Assembly (NCBI GenBank): GCA_002269645.1
Contig: NIVC01002763.1
Location: 1-27,605 of the forward strand
From: Macrostomum lignano
Taxonomy: Eukaryota
Direction of reading: 5' to 3'
DNA length: 27,605 bases
A model generated the notes under the pieces. That model made no database searches, was not told the origin of the DNA, and saw only the letters and a program-made list of their open reading frames with translations. Shown one piece after another: positions 25,613 through 27,605 of this stretch. The translations under genes and the position numbers were made by a program. Position 1 is the stretch's first letter; the number at the start of each line of letters is the position of its first letter.

Positions 25613-26198
25613 GTCCGTCTCTCTCACAGCCAGCCCTCCTCTCCCCGTTGCCAACCGGCGCAGGTCCGCGCCCACTTCGGCATCGGCATGGGCAGCCGGC
25701 CGCTGCCCGCTTGGCCAGTGGGACTCGGCCATAGACATCGGCATGCTGGCCCGTTCCGCTCGTGGCGAAGGCGAGCGCGGCCTGGAGCTGCTCTGCGCGC
25801 CTGCTGCTGGCTCGCGTGGCCCTGACCGGCCCCGCTGGGCTGCCGACGCAACCGACGACGCCGCTGCGAACTTTTCGTCGACGCCGACTCCGACATCGTC
25901 ATCGTCCAGACTGGCTGATCCCAAGCTCTGGGACTGCCTGCTTCGCTCGGCTTGCAAAACTCGCAATACCAATTAGCTATTCGCCTATTGGGCTTGTGTT
26001 CGATTCTCCTAATCTGCGGCTGGTCTGCGCTCTCTGCCTGCTCTGCTTGAAGCCGCCCTGTCGGCTGTGCTGGAGCAGCCGCAGCTTCTTCGCCAGGCCG
26101 TATTCGCCTGCCGAATCAATACGGCCCAATTTCCTGCCGGCTTTCTTAGTAAACGATTGCGCGCCGATTTGAAATTGCACGGCGTGTCTATCGAGTGA
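3028..26198 (+). CDS. kntc1: Kinetochore-associated protein 1 / Rough deal (Rod) homolog, 15-exon model, about 2,120 aa (frameshifts in exons 2 and 15)
   Basis: Joined exons: 3028-3508, 3806-4554, 5094-5593, 6704-7036, 7161-7540, 9658-9867, 16299-16875, 17310-17753, 18838-19308, 19636-19803, 20412-20689, 21304-21661, 23239-23734, 25010-25359, 25630-26198. All introns are GT-AG. Colinear matches to recalled human KNTC1: YQRLLDSLQFDEAELCAKRYGL ~ LSRLLHKHRFAEAESFAIQFGL; ATVPWSEEVQAVVEQHL ~ AVVPWSAAVEQLVKQHL; YAQLDPYEYESIELI..LKRYRRVS ~ LHKLDPYDYEMIEVV..LKSYRRIS; LADPKLWDCLL ~ IYDLQLWNGLL. Total length is close to the ~2,200 aa of KNTC1. Confidence 0.9.
3556..3712. repeat. 28-bp minisatellite (intron 1)
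   Basis: Unit gttgctgggccagcctcccagatcctca, about 5 copies. Confidence 0.95.
3806..4554 (+). CDS. kntc1: Rod/KNTC1 exon 2 (apparent 1-nt deletion near 3915-3930)
   Basis: Polypyrimidine acceptor ctctctttctcctcgcatggcag|; a phase-1 join reads DCSLHPVCISHLRLPPE (frame of ORF 3622), then the reading moves to the ORF 3732 frame (SERLLRLQYD...QYQRLLDSLQFDEAE). Length 749 nt is one short of a multiple of 3. Donor AAAG|gtgagg. Confidence 0.75.
4669..5030. repeat. 32-bp minisatellite (intron 2)
   Basis: Unit ccttcagtggcctgagctgccacccctctgat, about 11 near-identical copies. Confidence 0.97.
5094..5593 (+). CDS. kntc1: Rod/KNTC1 exon 3
   Basis: Branch point CACTAAC and acceptor ctcccacag|; in frame with ORF 5144..5602; WCVWLAEEFLP ~ LCPWFKNDVIP; donor ATA|gtaagt. 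Confidence 0.85.
5650..6665. repeat. 23-bp minisatellite (intron 3)
   Basis: Unit ggaggatcaggagtgctagatat with variants, degenerate at the left edge. Confidence 0.95.
6704..7036 (+). CDS. kntc1: Rod/KNTC1 exon 4
   Basis: Acceptor ctaatctcacag|; phase 0; LDELVCLCSRYKLRLSV ~ LRELITLHRKYNCKLAL; donor CAG|gtgagc. Confidence 0.85.
7161..7540 (+). CDS. kntc1: Rod/KNTC1 exon 5
   Basis: Acceptor tttcctcccgcag|; in frame with ORF 7245; VPWSEEVQAVVEQHL motif; donor CG|gtaagg (phase 2). Confidence 0.88.
8749..9045. mobile_element. 297-bp MITE, hAT-like (14-bp TIRs, 8-bp TSD)
   Basis: Perfect TIRs CATACATGCGCAAC (8749-8762) / GTTGCGCATGTATG (9032-9045), flanked by the direct repeat TGGCTCAT (8741-8748, 9046-9053). 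An 8-bp TSD and a CA terminus fit hAT. Confidence 0.88.
8876..8939 (+). other. Diverged 28S rDNA fragment (R2 / I-PpoI target region) inside the MITE
   Basis: GGGTAAACGGCAGGAGTAACTATGACTGTCTTATAAAGCCAAAATGCCTCGTCAGCTACTTAGT vs the conserved 28S GGGTAAACGGCGGGAGTAACTATGACTCTCTTAAGGTAGCCAAATGCCTCGTCATCTAATTAGT (recalled); about 56 of 65 aligned positions match by hand count. Confidence 0.9.
9658..9867 (+). CDS. kntc1: Rod/KNTC1 exon 6
   Basis: Acceptor catttaacag|; the join gives FKR-YNIRQ ~ LRG-YGIRE; donor AA|gtgagt (phase 2). Confidence 0.8.
10650..11420 (-). mobile_element. Decayed BEL/Pao LTR retrotransposon remnant (DUF1758-type protease region)
   Basis: Minus-strand ELLDTAINKTYIRRDMSSQL..VLRGNTFG (~ LLDSGSQ.SYI...LA..L..L.V.TFG), then WICKP..NLANP..PVSLLIGADNF (IGADN at 11000-10986; ~ ID.LIGADY). 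Broken by stops and frameshifts; no LTRs resolved. Confidence 0.7.
12480..14040 (-). mobile_element. Decayed Penelope-like element reverse transcriptase
   Basis: Ordered minus-strand motifs: KADKGNAVVIM (KADKG at 13883-13869), DTNAYQKL, FYLLPKTHK, PTFIKDSYDF, VISRVYT, QLKGTVM, YFRCIDDIFIHW (CIDD at 13164-13153), STLYQSLT, RVCS...KYP. Many stops and frameshifts. GIY-YIG endonuclease not recognisable. Confidence 0.85.
14092..15330 (-). pseudogene. Endogenous viral element: degraded totivirus-like (Ghabrivirales) RNA-dependent RNA polymerase
   Basis: Ordered motifs across three frames: possible motif A FNRLH (about 15300), L**ASRAM, RVTQEMPSGQRSINYHNIILNVVY (motif B, SG at 15077-15072), QQGDDVWV (motif C, GDD at 14954-14946), GFELRDSKQ (motif D), GEL (motif E), YPLRAVSTFV..LYRHG..YW..TPVSNEWLG. 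Confidence 0.8.
16299..16875 (+). CDS. kntc1: Rod/KNTC1 exon 7
   Basis: Acceptor aataccag|; a phase-2 join gives KCRDLLACPLRDLG in the ORF 16324 frame; donor CTG|gtgagt. Confidence 0.8.
16900..17182. repeat. 40-bp minisatellite (intron 7)
   Basis: Unit atttcaagatttatgattcatataattgggatctgggggg; about 3 clean copies plus degenerate ones. Confidence 0.9.
17310..17753 (+). CDS. kntc1: Rod/KNTC1 exon 8
   Basis: Acceptor ccctttcgcttgcag|; ORF 17304 frame; donor CAG|gtgaga. Confidence 0.8.
17860..18730. repeat. Composite 27+23-bp minisatellite (intron 8)
   Basis: Subunits gaaatcccacttgcccttcgtttcctg and gaaatccctctctcgttttcctt in irregular alternation. Confidence 0.95.
18838..19308 (+). CDS. kntc1: Rod/KNTC1 exon 9
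   Basis: Acceptor tttaatcacctag|; open into ORF 18985; AYWSRTLSALGI ~ AQWGIRLGKLGI; donor ACG|gtgagg. Confidence 0.85.
19328..19440. repeat. 25-bp minisatellite (intron 9)
   Basis: gatcccatcaatttatcccatccca at 19331, 19356, 19381. Confidence 0.9.
19636..19803 (+). CDS. kntc1: Rod/KNTC1 exon 10 (not called in this frame by the ORF track)
   Basis: attgattag| then 56 open codons APGKAAECAETLCSLPVSKSLQPDLLLYYCQQYQQPAAAHLLRYLENLLFPQSGSQ ~ DTSLILEYCSTFQLDCDAVLQLFIETLL; donor CAG|gtgtgt. Confidence 0.8.
19868..20370. repeat. 28/32-bp minisatellite (intron 10), same family as intron 1
   Basis: Unit gttgctgggccagcctcccagat(c/t)ctca(gtca). Confidence 0.95.
20412..20689 (+). CDS. kntc1: Rod/KNTC1 exon 11 (Rod C-terminal region)
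   Basis: Acceptor cacacgcag|; LDPYEYESIEL...LKRYRRVS; donor TG|gtgagg (phase 2). Confidence 0.9.
20700..21172. repeat. 23-bp minisatellite (intron 11)
   Basis: Unit gattctgaatgcgtgacgcctct with variants. Confidence 0.93.
21304..21661 (+). CDS. kntc1: Rod/KNTC1 exon 12
   Basis: Acceptor aaaccgcag|; a phase-2 join gives W-YQKRMQ; YKIVNPELRFDTL ~ WKILSTELSEESF; donor AAG|gtttgc. Confidence 0.85.
21665..22175. repeat. 23-bp TTAGGG-containing minisatellite (intron 12)
   Basis: Unit tgtgttgtgtcactcgcttaggg. Confidence 0.95.
22190..23222. repeat. 21-bp minisatellite (intron 12)
   Basis: Unit gtgtcactggtatgatcaatg with variants. Confidence 0.97.
23239..23734 (+). CDS. kntc1: Rod/KNTC1 exon 13
   Basis: Acceptor ctcccgtacag|; ORF 23239; SSPSELLNRL ~ GKPAHLIVSL; donor CCTG|gtgagt (phase 1). 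Confidence 0.85.
23830..24930. repeat. 24-bp minisatellite (intron 13)
   Basis: Unit ggatcactactattagctacctaa; variant ggatcactcctactcgctccctaa at both edges. Confidence 0.97.
25010..25359 (+). CDS. kntc1: Rod/KNTC1 exon 14
   Basis: Acceptor tctctctgcttgtag| (phase 1), in frame with ORF 25036; donor CAG|gtaagg. Confidence 0.8.
25412..25612. repeat. (TCTG)n microsatellite (intron 14)
   Basis: About 200 bp of tctg with a few interruptions. Confidence 0.98.
25630..26198 (+). CDS. kntc1: Rod/KNTC1 terminal exon 15, multiply frameshifted
   Basis: Acceptor ctctcacag|. Rod-like segments fall in alternating frames: RCQPAQVRAHFGIG; IDIGMLARSARGEGERGLELLC; LADPKLWDCLLRSAC; QYQLAIRLLGLC; SLPALLEAALSAVLEQPQLL...HGVSIE*. 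No single frame is open. Confidence 0.65.
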
Positions 26199-26304
26199 CT
26201 CGCTGGCATGTACGTCTGCTAATTAGGGTTTGTAGGTTGCTATGATTAGTCAACTGGCATTTTAGTTTAGAGTGTAAATCGGAACGTTACAATGGTTCCT
26301 AGTT

Positions 26305-26730
26305 TTAATAAAGTACATACTGACTAATTTTAGGGCCTAGTATCTGGTAAAAGTACATTATGAGTATTTCTAGAGATCTTAATACGATAGAAGTACATAA
26401 TAAATGACTCCACTGATTTAGATGGTAAAAGTACATTCAAAATGTTTCTAGGAATTTGGATCTGATGAAAGTACTTTCTGAAAGGTCCTAGCGCTTCGGT
26501 TTGGTAAAAGTTCATTAAGAGTGGTTCTAAAAATTTCGATTAAAAATACAATGTAAATAGATCTAGGGTTTTGGGCGCGTTTAAAGTACTTTCTTAGCCA
26601 TTCTATGTATTGAGATCTTGTAAAAGTACACTATAAAGGTAGCCTGGTTTTGAAGGTCTTCTGACTTATTAAAACTACTTTCTTAATAGTTTCAGGACTC
26701 TTATTTCTAAAAGTACCCCTTTGAGCTCCT
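26305..26730. repeat. Old degenerate ~39-bp tandem array downstream of the gene
   Basis: AAGTAC(A/T)-like cores at about 26311, 26351, 26391, 26429, 26469, 26508, 26584, 26624, 26711. Confidence 0.6.
26307..26312 (+). terminator. Polyadenylation signal AATAAA
   Basis: First AATAAA after the stop codon at 26196-26198, about 110 nt downstream. Confidence 0.55.
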
Positions 26731-27289
26731 CTTGAGAGTCTTATTAATTTAGCTATGGCGCGCAATTGCGATGAAGGGAGTTCTACTTGAGAAAAATGTA
26801 CCCAGTATCAATATTGTATTGAGCTTTCCTCAATAGTCTATTAATCTAATCGAAGCATTTTGCTAAATTGTTAATGCATTTTTTAATTTATTTGGCAATT
26901 AATATTCTGTCTCTGATATACCCAAAGTCACAGCAAATGCATTACATTATTTTTTTGCTAATTTCTGCTCACTCCTAATTTTGTCTGCTTTTGGTGGATA
27001 TTTATACACAGTTTTCTTTCGTGTTACCTTATTGGGTGCTTTATAGTAATAATTTAAATTATTCTTCGTATTTAATACAATTAATTGTTGCAAATTATTT
27101 TTCATTATTTTCTATCATATTTTGTCGACAAGTATGGGCAAATTAATTAATTATATTAGTAATTAAGAGCTACATCTCTGTTTTCGAATTAAAATGCACT
27201 TTTTATGTTACTATTAGTGTGTAGATAGAAATAGCTGATTAATTATGAATAACTTTTTTCAGTCAAGTTAATTAGTCAAGTCAACTTAA

Positions 27290-27605
27290 GCCTGCACTCA
27301 GCCATAGACAATAAAGCCAATCAAAGCCACTGCCATAGAACTACTCTCGGCCATAGACAATAAAGCCAATCAAAGCCACACTGCCACAGAACTGCACTCG
27401 GCCATAGACAATAAAGCCAATCAAAGCCACTGCCACAGAACTGCACTCGGCCATAGACAATAAAGCCAATCAAAGCCACTGCCACAGAACTGCACTCGGC
27501 CATAGACAATAAAGCCAATCAAAGCCACACCGCACAGAAACTGCACTCGGCCATAGACAATAAAGCCAATCAAAGCCACTGCCACAGAACTGCACTCGGC
27601 CATAG
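27290..27605. repeat. 49/51-bp minisatellite, truncated by the window end
   Basis: Unit ggccatagacaataaagccaatcaaagccactgccacagaactgcactc. Confidence 0.95.

Overview
Eukaryotic DNA. GC-rich exons, minisatellite-filled introns and a possible trans-splice site suggest a flatworm such as Macrostomum (inference only). The window holds one 15-exon plus-strand gene (ATG 3028 to TGA 26198, about 2,120 codons) for a KNTC1/Rough deal (Rod) kinetochore RZZ subunit, recognised by recalled similarity along its length. Splice phases agree except for an apparent 1-nt deletion in exon 2 and several frameshifts in the last exon. Twelve of the 14 introns carry tandem repeats. The 6.4-kb intron 6 holds three decayed minus-strand inserts: a BEL/Pao protease remnant, a Penelope-like RT, and, abutting it, a degraded totivirus-like (Ghabrivirales) dsRNA-virus RdRp. 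Intron 5 holds a 297-bp MITE (14-bp TIRs, 8-bp TSD) carrying a copy of the 28S rDNA R2/I-PpoI target site. All assignments come from manual reading and recalled motifs; no searches were run.
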